DNA from: Lingula anatina
Taxonomy: Eukaryota > Animalia > Brachiopoda
Length of the DNA: 64,000 nt
Direction: 5' to 3'
NCBI GenBank assembly: GCA_051362555.1
Contig: CM120643.1
Coordinates: forward strand, 15,226,644-15,290,643
Part shown: one piece after another, positions 46,151-60,500 of the stretch
How the letters are laid out: each line of letters begins with the position of its first letter
Numbering within the stretch: the first letter of the stretch is position 1
Translations under genes and position numbers: made by a program
Notes under the pieces: model-generated
What the model was told of the DNA's origin: nothing
Databases searched by the model: none
What the model saw: the letters and a program-made list of their open reading frames with translations, nothing else

Positions 46151-47474
46151 TATCTCTTTCTCCCCCAACCCCAACCCCTATCCCCGCATACCCAGCAAAA
46201 CGCAAAACGAGCAAATCGACATAAAACCTAATAAACACAATTTTTTGCTCAGTCGTATTTTGTCTCTTTGTTTCAAAACTATTAGGTGAAAGGTCGTTTT
46301 AATGTAGTATCACATGCAACAACAGGTAATCAACTTTTTTTTAGGTGAGTCATAAAGATGTACCACAATTGTGATATGATGAAAATCGCAACCACAGTCT
46401 ATGCTTTATATATGGTGTTAAAATTTTCAACACCAGCGAGAATATAACCAATGTGAGGTTGTTTTAACCTAAGAGATCTTAGTTTTAACACATTTATGGG
46501 GATGATTAAAAGCTTCCACGCATTTTACGCAAGACTTTTGTCGCTTATTATCATTATTGTTGTTATTTTTTTGATACTAAGGCACATTTACGGGTAGGTT
46601 GGCTTCCAAAATCCGACAACATCGTATGAACAGGTGTTTGGTATTCTCGCGCAAAACCGTGACATAATACGACTGCATTCTAGTCACGTACCAGGTATTA
46701 AATATTGAGCACTCATTTTGTTGACTTTTTTTATCACACGCTGATTCAAAACCAAGATATTCAAAAGCATGCCAATCTCGGTGCCCTACCTACGTACAAT
46801 AAAAAAGTAAAATTGTCATCGACTGTTTTATATATTTCAAAATTTTTGTATTTCTTATAACACTCCAAATACATTGTACATGGCGGATTGAGATAAAAAT
46901 CTATTACAAAAATTGCTAATCTTGAATGATTCTTTTTCTATCTTTTTATTGTTATAAAGCCAGTTTATTATTCTATAACATTAAAGAAAGGCGCAATCTA
47001 AATATTTCATTTGTTCTTCACTTAAATTAGACATGCTTATGAATAAATATGTTCATTTCGACAACATTATCGACTGGACTACAGTCGCTTTACCTGCAGC
47101 ACCTCTAAGCCGCCAAACAATGTTTTTTATCATTATTCCTATATCCTTACTTTCATTTTCAAAAATGACCCCACCATGCTATTTCAGTCATCAGGAAATA
47201 TTATTATTATTATTATTCCAGCTCGACATATCTAAAGGATTTGACGTAAATTTATACATATTTTTCTTCTTATTTCTTTATTCGTTTAGTATGCCCTTTA
47301 TCTGGACTACAGATTAATTATGTGCACTTTCCTCAAACAGGTAGAAATGTGCCATGAATTAATCAGAGACAAATCTGTGAATATGTAGTGAAAAAGAAGG
47401 TATGCCAAACTTACCTGGTACACATGTAGAGTGTTCTTATAACTTTTTTAATTACCTGGTAGAGGGTAAGTTAA

Positions 47475-47900
47475 AGGTACACAAAGGAGGATTTTTCGTG
47501 TCCAAATTCATATTTAACGAATTATCCCTGCGTTAACAGTATTTACCATCCTTTAACTTTCCTTTCCTGACACTCGCCATTAATCTGTTACAATTTCGCA
47601 AAAAAGCCAAAGATCAGAACCCGCGCCTAAGCGGAAGCCTTCCTGATCCGCCTTTCTCTCCCTTGATTCATCTTCCAGACATCGCGAAAATTTTGCACCG
47701 TAATTCTCGCTCTTTTTAAACTGTGTTAAGATGGCCGACTACCGAGGTTTGACTGGGGGCGGTGAATACGACTTTTTTTTTTGCGATAAGGCCATTTATC
47801 TGTCATTTTATGTTTTAAAAGTTTTATTTGTCTTCAGATAAGTTCATCAAGAAGTGATCTCTACATTAAGAATGCGTTTTATATCCTGCATTGTGTGCCT
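47475..47900. mobile_element. Kolobok-like MITE
   Basis: TTAA|AGGTACACAA ... TTGTGTGCCT|TTAA. Confidence 0.7.
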
Positions 47901-48330
47901 TTAAGCACAAGCTTAAAGTGCAATTGATTTAAGGCATTTTGAAGTAAAAGACAAAATAAAGGCAGTCGTTGTACATTAGGTTTGATAAGTACACAGATAA
48001 AAATTCGTGAACATGTTTGTCATATTGGTAAGTTTATTATATACCAAGTTCGTTGAGACAATAAAATAAACCACGAAACTGTCTTCTATTTTTTGCTACA
48101 CGGCCAAAAATAAACCAATTGTTTCTTTTACTGTAGGCGTTAGTTATATCCCCAGTTTCATAATTAAAATTCCATTTTTTTGTTCTAAATAAATAAACAC
48201 TTGCTGCAGGAAATACTTGAAGTTTTTTTTTTTTTTGAACGGGCCGTAGGCATTATGATTTTCAGTGGAAGATAAATTATCACCAGATTAAAAATAAAAA
48301 CCTTTGTTTTTCCTTATTTTTATGTGAAAT

Positions 48331-51300
48331 TCATGGAACGTAATTCTTTGGCCACGTAGAAACATTGACGCCAGGGGGACACACCGGTGCAGGACAACAC
48401 TTGCCGACAGGCGGCGCCCCAAGAGTACATCCGGCTGGAAGGTGTTCTATCCAATCAATCAAACCTGGACACCTGGTAGAAAAATGAAACAATGTTTTAA
48501 AGAGCATTTAGTAGGGACCCGATTCCCTAAAACGTGGCTCAATTTATAATGTATCTACCCTCTTTTTTGTCTTACATGCCCCCCCCCCCCCCCCCCCCCC
48601 ATCTACATTTTTTATTCTGGGAAAATATACCCGTTACACTTAAAATAGAAAGAGGCAACTATAAAATATATGTTTGGGGGTAATATTGTAAAATGTGACA
48701 GTTTAATAGACACTGTTTTAGGGTGTTTTTGGCAGAGATCGACAATTAAAAAATACTCGTTTTATTGACCATTTTCACTTTATCTTTAGATAACTGAATT
48801 TATTCGCCCTTGCACGTGTCTCTCAGAGGCGGAGACATCTAGTGTTAAGTCTGATAGATGGCGCCCACACTCCCCGGTTGTTAACTGCCATTACTGGACC
48901 GATAAATAGAAGGTGACAGGAACCACCCAGTGGCCTGATACTCTACATGTATAATATGCGTATGCAGGTACCCTCCCATTAGCAAGGGGTTTTACAAGGA
49001 GACATCCCGTCAGTTTTCTTCTGAACTTAAGATTTACTTCTTACGCGCCTGCATACTGTATTATATCATATCTCTTCTCACCTTTTGTTACAAGTGTGGT
49101 AGCCTAGTACACATTTACAGCGGTAGGCACAACCGTCATTCCACGTCTCTCCGTCCTTGTACGTCTTCCCGCCATACACACAGTCACCAGGGCCGGGAGA
49201 GGGCGCTGCTGCTGTTGATGACGCCAAGCGTTGTGTTGTTGTTGTTGGTTGTGTTGTTGCGGTTGTGGTGGGTTTGGGCTGCTTTGACACAGTAACGACC
49301 GGTGTAGAGCGTGAAGTACTCGCAGACGTTGACGGCGGAGGAGAAGTGACGTTAAGGCGTTGGGTACTTTTGAACGTTGGTGCCGCAGTTTTTGAGACAG
49401 GGGTGGCTGTAGTGGTCGGCACGGTGGTCGAGGTCACTTTTGAGGACGGGGTCACCACTGCCGTTGACGATGAAACACCAGAGGGCGTTTTGGTAAACCC
49501 TGGATTGGTATGTCCTGCGCCTAAGGTGAAATAATATATTTACGTCAATAAATACATTAGGTACATATGGGACTATTCAAACAAGCCATTATTTTGTACC
49601 GGTATTTTACATAATAGTGAACAAGTGTTTGGCAATAAAATAACGTGATTTAAAATTGAAGTGCTTTCAGCTTTATGTGCTGGGTTTGCAGAAGAAATGA
49701 GTTAAAAAGTTAAAAGAGAGAGAAGGGGTGCAAGCAAGGTAGAATAAAATGAACCTAAACGGAAGGTAACAACAAACAGGTTCACGTAATACATGTACAC
49801 ATCCTTGACCCCTAATATTTCTCATTTAAAGACTTTCCATCTGTAGAATTAATACACGTTACCGCAGTATCCACAGTAGGCAGCACAATTCGTTTTTCCC
49901 CACTCAGTAAAACCGCCGATACATGCGTTTTTCCCGTAGAAATAGCAGTCCGGTAAAGCGTTCTTACAGAACCGATTCAACATCGAAGCTGAAAGTCATA
50001 ACATTGTAGATGGTCAACATATTGCAAATATTTTTCAAACTTTTACGAACCGGATTTGCGAAGCCCTACAATATCGCTTGGCCTATTTTGTAGAAAAAGG
50101 AAGGCAATGCCACCATCCTGAAAATTTTCGTATCGTGAACCTAAAATCGTGAGTCGTTAAATGTCTTAGATGTGGCAACTGTGTAATGTGACTAAAGTTT
50201 AGAATGTGATTTTATTAATTCCGTTGCCATCTTGCAGTTGCTAAGTGCCACTGACATTATTTTGAAAGTAAAAAGTGTATTTAGTCATATATTTGCTGTT
50301 TATACCTTATACACTGTATTACACCCCAGAGCAGATTCTGTTTGGAGAAAAATGCACTAGTTTTGTTTTGAGCGCCCCAGGGACATACTAGAAGTTATTC
50401 ACTCAAAATTTAATATGTTAAAAACAATACCATGTAGTATTATGACAGGTGAAATTAAGTGAAAGTTCTTGATAATAAATAAATAAATGAATCAATAATA
50501 ACTTGAAGTTGAGGGGTTTTGGTGTCCACCCGATATACGGGTGAGTGGGACAAAGGAGAAAGAGTGGCACTTTGGTTAGTAGTGTGAAAATCACTTACGA
50601 TGACAATTTCCCCATTTTCCATCTCTGTCAAAGTTCTCCGTGACGGCGCACCAAGGCTGAGAGTGTCCGTTTACTATACATTGCGTGACATTGGAGCCTT
50701 TATATTGGAACGGGAAAGCGCAAGGCTGGCCGGCTGAATTACCCCCGTTCGTACCTGCCGGATAAAAGCTCACATTAACAATTTATTTATCTACTTTGAA
50801 CTGTCTCCGTTGTTGTTAGGTACAATGGGGGAGCCAGTGATGACACAAAAGCCACGTGCTCTCTCGATTAAGCTTCGAAGAAAGTCCCTTCTATCCCATT
50901 AATATCTCCCTTCCCGAAACACAGTGCAATGAGCGATACGAGACAAAACCAATCATATGTTCATCATTGTGCCCCTCATATTATAATACAACAACTTGCC
51001 CTCGTATACTGCTAAAATAAATCAAATCCTTGCTACCCCCCCCCCCCCCCCCCCCCATCAAAATCCTGGATCCGCCAGTGAGAATCAACTTGGAAATAAA
51101 AGAAACAATTTTTGGCGATGATTATTTACCTACACTGGACTGCATATTGTACCGGTAGGGCCTACTTAAATAATAGTTTCAAATAAAATGCTCAAAAAGA
51201 CAATGCTCAATCTAAATTCACCTTGGACAATTAATGCCACACTTGGGCAAACCCGGACGAGTGAAAGTGAATATGTTGTATATGGAGGGGTAAAATCACA

Positions 51301-53734
51301 GAAACAACAGTTATCTTACTGCAGAGCCCGCATGTTTGGGCACAGTTTCTCAGGGCCCACGGCCGATACTTCCGGTCAAAACACGCACTGTCCACGTAGT
51401 CGCTGCAATCGCGGAGCTTGTCCTGGCAACTTGAAACTGAAATTTGTAAGGGTTACTGTCAGATTGTGTGGCGTTTTTTTTCTTGAAATTTATCTATCTA
51501 TCTATCTATTTATCTATCTATCTTTATGTGATATTTTTAGCAAAGAATTAATCAAATATAAATAAATGACCGACCACAAACAATGTTACAGGTAGGGCAA
51601 AATTATGTTAATATTAATTTCATTACTGAATGTTTGAACCCTTCAAGAAAAAGTCACAGAAGCATGAAATTTTTATTGGATAATTATAGTCACCTGCTTT
51701 CCCATCTCATCAAAACAAGGTTCAATAATCAATTTCATACATATAGTGTACAATCAGAATGGGTAATATATTTGACTTGCCCTCTAAATAATTAATCATA
51801 ATCGAGATCAAGATGGAGTATGATAATTTCATCTGTTTGATTTTGTATCTATTTTTGATATCCCTTAGTATTAAAAAGAGTTATCTCAAAACTTACGGCT
51901 CGGAATCTTGGTCGGTATTACAAATACTTGTGGGGCACTGGTACTAGAAACCGATTTAGTTGGCAAAAAAGTTCTAGACGGCACAACAGTTGCTGTAGAA
52001 TGGCTAGTGACGCTAGATGGCAGTGCGGTCGTCGAGCTCTCGCTTGTCGCTCCTGGAAGTTTTGCAGTGGTTTTAATTATCCCTGGATTGCTAGAACCAG
52101 CGGGAGACGTCGAAGTTTTGTCCGTCGGTTTGGGTGTTGAGTCCGGCGTCGTGCCGAAATTGTTACCCGGCAATATGCTACCCCCGCACTTGACTTCCTT
52201 ACAACACTTCCCAGGTACGGCAACCAGAGCACAGTGGGGCGGTATGCTGAGGTACTTGGGGCACCTGATTGATTTATAGAGAAGTCATATATATAAATGT
52301 TAGATGAGGCAAACAGTCATGGACAAAAGAAAACTGATAATCCAGACCTTTCTATTTTATGCATGCGATTCAAATGTCATCATTCTCTGACAGATCCAAA
52401 ATTTTGTTAAGAGTTGGAGACAAAGTATAAAATATTAAGTCATTGAAGGCACGATTACGGTAATATGTATAGCGCAGAGGGATGGGGAGGGGTCACCCCC
52501 GTAGTGTGTGAGTCAAGTAGCCCACTGTGCTCCCCCTCCCCCCTGGATCCGCCAATCATATTATACATCGCACATTAGTGGCTACTACGCTGAAGATTGA
52601 CCCCTTGGCTTGCTTACCTTTCGTGACAAGAATACCACTGTGATTTGAGACACTCACAGGAGTAGTCACAGCCGTCGTCCCATCTCTCACCCACGTCATA
52701 GCCACGACCTTTGTAGATACACTGTGCTGTGGAAAAAGATTTCTTTTTAATTTATCGGTAGGATTTTTATTTCTGTTTTACTCCTATAGGACAGCGAATC
52801 AATTCCACGTGTTTTTTCGGTTGCAGTGCGTATTTCAAATATAAGTACACTTGAATTGGGTGAATAAAACTATATTTACTGTTTATGCTGATTATTAAAT
52901 AGATCATTATTATAATAATTATATTCCCAAAAAAGTACTAGTGCTGTATTTTAAAAGAATAAAATCGCTTTACCGTTGTCTGCGATTACTGGAAGAACAG
53001 ATAACGTTATTTCCACCTTGGTGAATGCCTTGACATTCTTCGATTGAGGATTGAAAAAATATTAAGAGAATGCAACCAAAATTGTACGTATCATCCACTC
53101 TGTAATGCTCTGTAATGCTTTTTTTCCACAAAATTGACAGTTCAATTCCCAATTTCAGTGAAACAAAACCCGAACTGAATTATGATCATCTGGCCACATT
53201 ATGAAAGACGCCTGGTAGGTGTATGTCAATGACATGTTTCAGTGTCAGTAACGTCGCACTTTGAGTTAGAGCGATTACAAGAAGCTCGTCTGCACTATCG
53301 GCATGGAGAGCATTAAGAACAGATGATCCGCTGACTAACATATCCACGGACTAAATAAGGCCGATCCACTTAAAAGCGATGCTGCTAATTCCCTGATAGT
53401 CCCCCCGCCTCCACTTGCACCGTCGCTGCAGGGGGCTAGCAATTAAAACTCGGAGATTTAAGCAGTTTAATGGCACGTTTGGAGGCCGGGAGACCATCAG
53501 GAGAGTAGGGCAGCTTGCTTTTTAGCGGAGTCGGCCATTTTCGCAGATCATCTATTCTGAACGCGCTCATGGTTCCTCCGTTACCGGAAGAAGCAGCATA
53601 TATATTTGCATAATTTACTCACACATCCAATCACAGACGGGCTTCGGGCAGCACTCCCCCGCCTTCACCTCCAGCCTGCAGCCCGCCGGCAGAGACTGGT
53701 ACGTGGCACATCTGTATTAAAGGCACACTTTTAT

Positions 53735-53770
<36 letters not shown>

Positions 53771-55266
53771 TTGATAAAAGTTTCACTGATATTTCAACAA
53801 TATCATTTTGCCAGGGTACACCATGTCCGAAGACTTTTTTTACAATAATAATAATAATAATAATTGTTTTACTGATATTTCAGCAATTTCCCAATTTCCC
53901 TTTCCAAAGGTACACCAATGGTATCCGAAGCCGTCGACAAGATCGCAATTTTCATATTAGTGGAGACGAATGGCACTCGTGTATTTCACGCAACGGTAAA
54001 AAAAAGCTAAATAATGGGTATTAATCTCATTTTTCTTAGCTATTTGGGATAGGGCATACCTTGGTAGTAAAGGGGAAATTGTTGAAATATTCAGGACGAT
54101 TGTTGTTTTTTCAGGCACGTCCATATCATTTTAACTGGGGAAGTGGCTGACACATTTATCATTAGACACTGGTTCGTTTTATAAAAGCAAAGTGCTATGA
54201 GGTTAAATTATAATTTATAATTAAAGAAGAATACGAAAACAGTCATAACACGCCAAACTTAATAAAGAAGAAAGAAAAAAGAAAAACTTCCTTGAAACTA
54301 AAGCAGTCTCTCATGCTCACTAAAAAAACTCCATGAGCTTTTAGAAATGAATCGCACGATTCTGTCCTTGTTTAATCATCCCACAAGAAATTTCCTTCAC
54401 TCTGTGGTTAGAGAAATGGGTCATTGCGATAGAGAAATCCAGTGAGCATCATAATCACACCTTCTTTTACAACTGCCAGTACCGGTTACCTTTGTTACCT
54501 GCATTTACCTGCTGTAACACATGGTAGCGTTCATACTTGCGCGCACACATCTACATGACGTCATACAGTCCAGCGACCATGTCTCCCCCTGGCGGTATCT
54601 GTGTCCATTGAAAATACATCGATCATCCGACTGGAGCACTACAAATATCGCAAAGGAGCAGTGAAAATGGCGAAAAATGTGTTTATGTTTCTTTGAAATC
54701 TTTGGTAGCAGCATTTCAGTCTTTTAGAATAAAATGACAAGAAAAATATAATTATTTCCGTTGCATTTCGAACTTTAAGACCAGGAACTTTATAATACGT
54801 GTAAAGAAAAATTAGAATGACAGCCGACATTACTATCCCAAAACTTAAATGAAAGGTTTAAGTCGATAAACCTAGCAAGTCTTATGCCGTTGCAAGGTGG
54901 AAATAAATATTTGTTTATTTTTATTAAAGTATTCGCACTGGCTCTTTTATTGGCAACGTCATTAAAATTTAATTGTCATAGCCGCGTTTTACACATTTAC
55001 CTTCTAGTAAAATCTAGGGGTAGAATATTCCTCTAAATGAAGTCTAAGCCATCATATTTTAGCACAGTTTACACCTTCGCATTTACACTACTAAAGTCTC
55101 TATATTCACACACTCAATTTTTACCAACCCTCATAAAAGAACATCTGAGCAAATATCGAAAGTTTTCGTATAAGAAGACAGCTTGCTAGCAGATCTTACC
55201 TGTCAAATCAACAGCAGTAAATGTTAGTACACACAGGAGACAAAAAAACGTCCCCATATTTCCCAT
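48331..55266 (-). CDS. Secreted mosaic protein: SP-VWC-VWC-mucin-ShKT-FN2-ShKT-mucin-VWC, about 580 aa
   Basis: Exons 55266-55200, 54638-54509, 53711-53623, 52726-52618, 52264-51897, 51436-51320, 50754-50599, 49988-49863, 49520-49082 and 48472-48331, 581 codons. VWC C.Y.G..Y..GE.W.DGC...C.C...CC...C; ShKT CQDKLRDC...W...NCAQTCGLC and a second NCAAYCGYC; FN2 GGNSAGQPCAFPFQYKG...WCAVTENFDRDGKWGNC; Ser/Thr-rich linkers. Confidence 0.88.
53306..53568. mobile_element. PIF/Harbinger-like MITE
   Basis: GAGAGCATTAAGAACAGATGATC / GATCATCTATTCTGAACGCGCTC imperfect TIRs with ATG on both flanks; termini related to 60594-60776. Confidence 0.7.
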
Positions 55267-55358
55267 CACTGGACAAGCCTTTCAGATGCTTTCACAGGAC
55301 AGTGTGTGTGTATGGAATGGGCACGTGTCAGACATTTGGAGCCTCTCCCACGGTCGGC

Positions 55359-55397
<39 letters not shown>

Positions 55398-57541
55398 CGT
55401 TTCACACCTCATGTGTACTTTCACGAGACAGACATGGAGTCGGCCAATCTGAAGAAAAGCGACACAATAGTGGATCCCCCTCAGGGATGGGGAGGGGGTT
55501 TAGATTTATTGAAAACTGTTTCGCCTTTCATGGCAATTTCAAGAATTAAGACAAAAATTAAAGTGAAGACAGGGTTTATTCCAGGCTTCATTTCGTGTCT
55601 CTTTGCATCAGTTTTTTTTCTCCCAACAGACACGGGGTTTTGAACCTTATCACCGATTCAGGGATAAAATTGTCCTCCAAATGTTACTGTGAATGAGGCT
55701 CTTTTTTGTCCTAAAACTCGTATAATGCAGTAATCCGGGTTAACATCACATGCTGCATTCATGAAGTTGGACTTAGATTTAGATGATATAATAATAAGTT
55801 AAAGACAGCTCCTTATAGTGGCTTCTGAGTATGTGGGGGGTGGTTGGGGTGAATAAATAGTTTTGCGAATATATATATTTTTTGTACCTCAACTAAATCA
55901 AACAAAGCACACTGAATAGGGTTGTGTTAAATATTTTAGAGGGCGATAATCATCAAAGAACGTTTCTCCCCTCTTTGTTAATTTTTTCAACTTCAGTAAC
56001 ACACAAAACGTGGAATTGTGGAAATGCCAACAATAATTGCATTCGAGTGGATATCAGTGTTGTCAGATTTAAGAGTTAATGCTTCATACCGCTGTCTCTC
56101 TGTCAAAAGATAAGCAGATGGTTACATTCCCACGCTGATGCTGCCGTCACGAGTACAAGTATTAATTGTGAAAATAAAATAAGACTTTTTTGGCACTCAC
56201 CAGATTTTCAACGGACAAACGCTGATGTCTCTACAAGACCACGTTGTTCATAAGTCACATATGGCAAGTCTCAACGTCAACGCAAAAATGATAATAAAAT
56301 TTTAAATTATCCATATTTCATTTGAAGATTTGCTTTATTCACATGAAGATAACACATTACACAAATAATCACATATAAGTAGACACGCACACGTATACGC
56401 AGGGTAGTAGGCTAGTAGACGGGGGTGGGGGTGGGGATTGCAGAGACTTTAGACAGAGATTTATAAAAAATTTTCGTGTTCTGTAAAAAACCCATATTTT
56501 CCATTCCTCAGTCTATCAGAAGTCTCTTACGTTTCCTTTTAGTTGATACAGACTAAAGCCTAAAGTTCAGACAGCATCTACATCAGTAGAACGGGTGGTA
56601 CGGTACAGATTTGTATTGAATGCCTTCAAAAGCTGCCCCAGGCGTGTTTTTCAGATGATTGCCTTGTGCATTTACCGGTGTCACAGACAAGAAAAAGAAA
56701 ATGTGTCGATTCCGCCTTAACATATATCTCGTCAAATATGTAGGGGCAAGTTTTGTTAAATAATGTTTTGCTTTTTAACATACACACGCGCCCACTTACA
56801 CACACAGACAACAGCAATGCAATAGTTATTGACATTATTAAAACATTAAACTATGTTAGATAAAATATTTACAGCATGTCAAAAGTGTGATTCATTTCAA
56901 ATGTTTGACTTTTGTTTGATTTAAGAAAATGATTAATTTCAAATAAATTTGATATGTACCTTGATTGCACACCACACACTCCTTAAGGTCGTGATTTCTG
57001 TTGAATCTATAATGAAATTTAAGCGAGCACAGTGGTACATGTATACATGTAAAACCATCTAAAAAGACCAACAACGAGGTACAAATTACCTTGGGTTTTT
57101 CACCGCACCGCTCATATTTTTACATAGAAAAACGGTCTTCATCGTTCACAAATACGTAGTTGTTGACAGCATGGTGGACGTTATAATACAACATCAATGA
57201 GCACTAACAGCTTTACAATACAATAAAATATTTACATTGTTTTGTTAGGTGTACTTCATATGTAAAAGCTCAGTCTACACGTACCAGCGTCTTTCTCGCA
57301 AATTTAAATCTTTATTTAAAATTGTATATTATGAATTTAAAACTTCAAAATCTGTGTTTCTTTGAAAACCTTCTGTATTAGCATTCTCAAAGTCCAATTT
57401 CATTCGAGCTTATGATATGTTTGTAACTGTTTCGTAAGCAAAAGAGTGACTTAAGACTTCCCTTTCTTTTTGTCGATATTTCCGGAGAAAACATGGAAAA
57501 AGTTATCTTCATTATTGGAAGGTTTTTACGCCTCCTTCAAT

Positions 57542-60500
57542 TTAAAGGTTTAACTGGTAGTGCGAGCCACTTAGCTTTTCGATTTGCCATAGCATGGTGT
57601 CATAGGGCGACCCTGGTCTAGAGTTTGGCGCGGAATGTATTTGTCGCAGTGACCTCAACCTTGAAAGATCTTCCTCTGTTCTGTTAACGTGCATACTACG
57701 TGAATCTGTGCGTGATGTGCTTGTGACGTGAGATCTTACTGTGTCGTCACCAAGTGGGATCACATACAGTGAACTGGGTTTTGACCGCGATGTATAAAGC
57801 GGCGGGTTAGAAAATGTGTCCTTGGCTCCAGGTATCCTTGGATGATACCGCCAATGCTGCCCTCCACCAAAGATACCAGATGTTCTCTTCAGCTCTTGTT
57901 CTTTCTGTTCACGTGCAGTGTCCGAAAAATCAGTGCCGTGTTTCTCTGTAAGAAGTGCGCCGTGTGGCTGGTTTGTGACAGCGTGTGTTTCAACCGTGGT
58001 TTGTATCTCTTGGATAGATACACAGCGCGGTGTGCTGCGGTGCCCTTTGGCATCTATGGTTTGGGATAAGTTGAGGGCAGAATCCACGGACATGATTCCA
58101 GAGCTGCAGTTGTCTGTCGCTGGGATTGCAAGGCGGACGCTATCTGAAACTGAGTCATGAAAGCAAAACTTTTAAATTGCGCCTTACACATCAAAATTCT
58201 GCTTTGCATTTGCTGCAAAGGTTTCTTCAGATCACTTGCAATGTGAGTGTGGATAAAGATACTGAAATAAAAACATTATTTAGTAGTCTGTCAAGCCACT
58301 GTTACTAAAATATTCCATGAAAATGAGCACAGAATGTGGTGGACGGTCATATGCTAGTCTGGGTATAAAGCACAGAGAAAGACATATATTGAGACAATAT
58401 GTCATCAACCTACTATTCCTATGTTTCACCTGGTATTTGCTAATTTGACAGCATCAATAAATGGATAACCCCTCAGATCAATTATCTTTATCATCATGAT
58501 AGAAATGAGTGAATAAGAGAGAAATTAGTTGATAAATATCACACACTCTTTTCATGGGTTTTCTGACTAAAGCTGCCTTTCCCTCCTGAAGTACCGGTAC
58601 TTGTGATGATAGTGGATTTTTTCTTTGTCATTACAGCTTGCCTGGTATTCTTCTCCGGGTGTAACAGCACTGTATACACCTTGGGCATAAAGAGACAGAC
58701 CAGTTGAACCGTCCCGCTCAGTGCTACCGCCATGCACATGGTGAAGACCCGGATGTCGTGAGTGGGCGTGGCTATGTACATGGTGACGAATGCCAGCCAT
58801 AGGACACACGTGGTGTAGTTGGTAAAGGCGATGTAGCGGGCCTCGTTGAACCCGTCTGGGGTTTTTCTTGTCTTAACGGCATACACGGTGCAGAGGATAA
58901 TGAGCAGGAAAGGGTAGGCTAGAGCTAGGAGGTAATCGAAGCCGTCACCACCAGCACATATAAGGATGTTCTCTCTCTTGGTAGGGTAGATGTGGTCTGC
59001 TTCGGGCGGAACTAATATCATCCACACCGCCAAAATAATCAGCTCCACCAATGTGAAAAAGAAGACGATCATCAAACACGACTTCTGATCAGTAAACTTG
59101 GTCTTGGTTGTTGAGCTTGCGTCGTGGAAGAAGATACGAGCAATTCGGTTGGTTTTGGTTAAGATGGCGGCATAGCAGACAGTGTAGCAGACGCCTAGAA
59201 GGATGCGCGTGAGGGCGCACGTGATGGGACTGGGCTTGGCAACAAAGATCAAGGGAGACGAATACGACAGAAATATTCCTGCTAAAAGAACGTAGCTGAG
59301 CTCTCTGCCCGACGCCATGATGACGGGCGTGTCACGGTACACGTAGAACACAATGCCAATCACAATACACAGGACCATGCCGACCACAGCAAACACGCAT
59401 GGTCCAATAGCCCACGCGCTCAAGTGACTCATATGCGTAAGCGGAAGTGGCTCGCACGCGTTGTACTCTCTGTTGGGCCACGTGCCAAGGTCGCAGGTCT
59501 CACATTCTTCTGGATGGGGGAGAAACTGGTTTTCCGTGCAGTTGGTACACACCCAGCAACAGGAGTTGTCTTGCACGTGGTCCTGGAGCGAAATGAATAT
59601 CATCTTTACCGCAACGCAGTTCGTAAAAAAAATCCTTCGGTTAAAGGCGTTTTTAACTCTAAAACGGGTTTTGGATCCACCAGCTATGTATATGACTTGA
59701 ATATGCCATACCGAACACAAAAGAATTTTTATATCGCAAACGCAATCGTAAATCGATTTTCATGGGAGCAGGCCTACCTTCCATCAATAACTCACTCTTT
59801 AAGACTTGAAATAAGTTGTATAGAAGTTAAATTGGTTTGTATGTAAGTTGTGTCGGTGGTTTACTACCGATTTTTTTGCTTATATTAAGGCGTTAACTCC
59901 CCCACTCAGGGGTGGATCCAGGATTATTTGAAGGGGGAGAGGGAAGTCCGATTTTTCAGGATTGACAGGCTTCGGATGCGAAGCCGACCCTCGTCCCCTT
60001 GAAGTGTTTTGAAGGGCAAACAGTGCCATTTGGAACGGTTAAGAACTATAAATCAGCTAGTCAAAATAATTCTAATTCCAAGAGGGGAATATCAGTGTGA
60101 TTATTTTTCAGTAACCGAAGGGGGAAGGGTCAGGACCCCCTGCCCCCCCCCCCTCTAAATCCGCCACTGTCCCCACTCCACCACTAAACGTATACACACA
60201 CTACACAAACATGCACAATTCGTTCTGTTAATCTGCATCGAGATCGCCATCGTTATTGCAATTATTTAAAACGAAAGGCTCGGAATTCAGAATACCAAGG
60301 GAGTCTTATATCTGTTGGTCTGTTATACATGTTTACTCTGTATATACGTTCACGGTATTTGCATGTACATGTATAACAGAGGCGTAGGTTGAGAAAAAAA
60401 AAAACTCTTAGGACAACTGTTAAAAGCTTACAAGACGTGCAAGCAGGTTATTTGCTTCTTCTGAGGTGCTCATTTAGACACTTGCTGAAGGAATAACAAT

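Noticed and set aside
51130-51161. Possible micro-exon between the ShKT and FN2 exons
   Set aside because: 32 nt long with an in-frame stop; the flanking exons join in phase without it.
49157-52279. Val/Gly-rich plus-strand ORFs 49157-49534 and 51908-52279
   Set aside because: Antisense shadows of the Ser/Thr-rich mucin exons on the minus strand.
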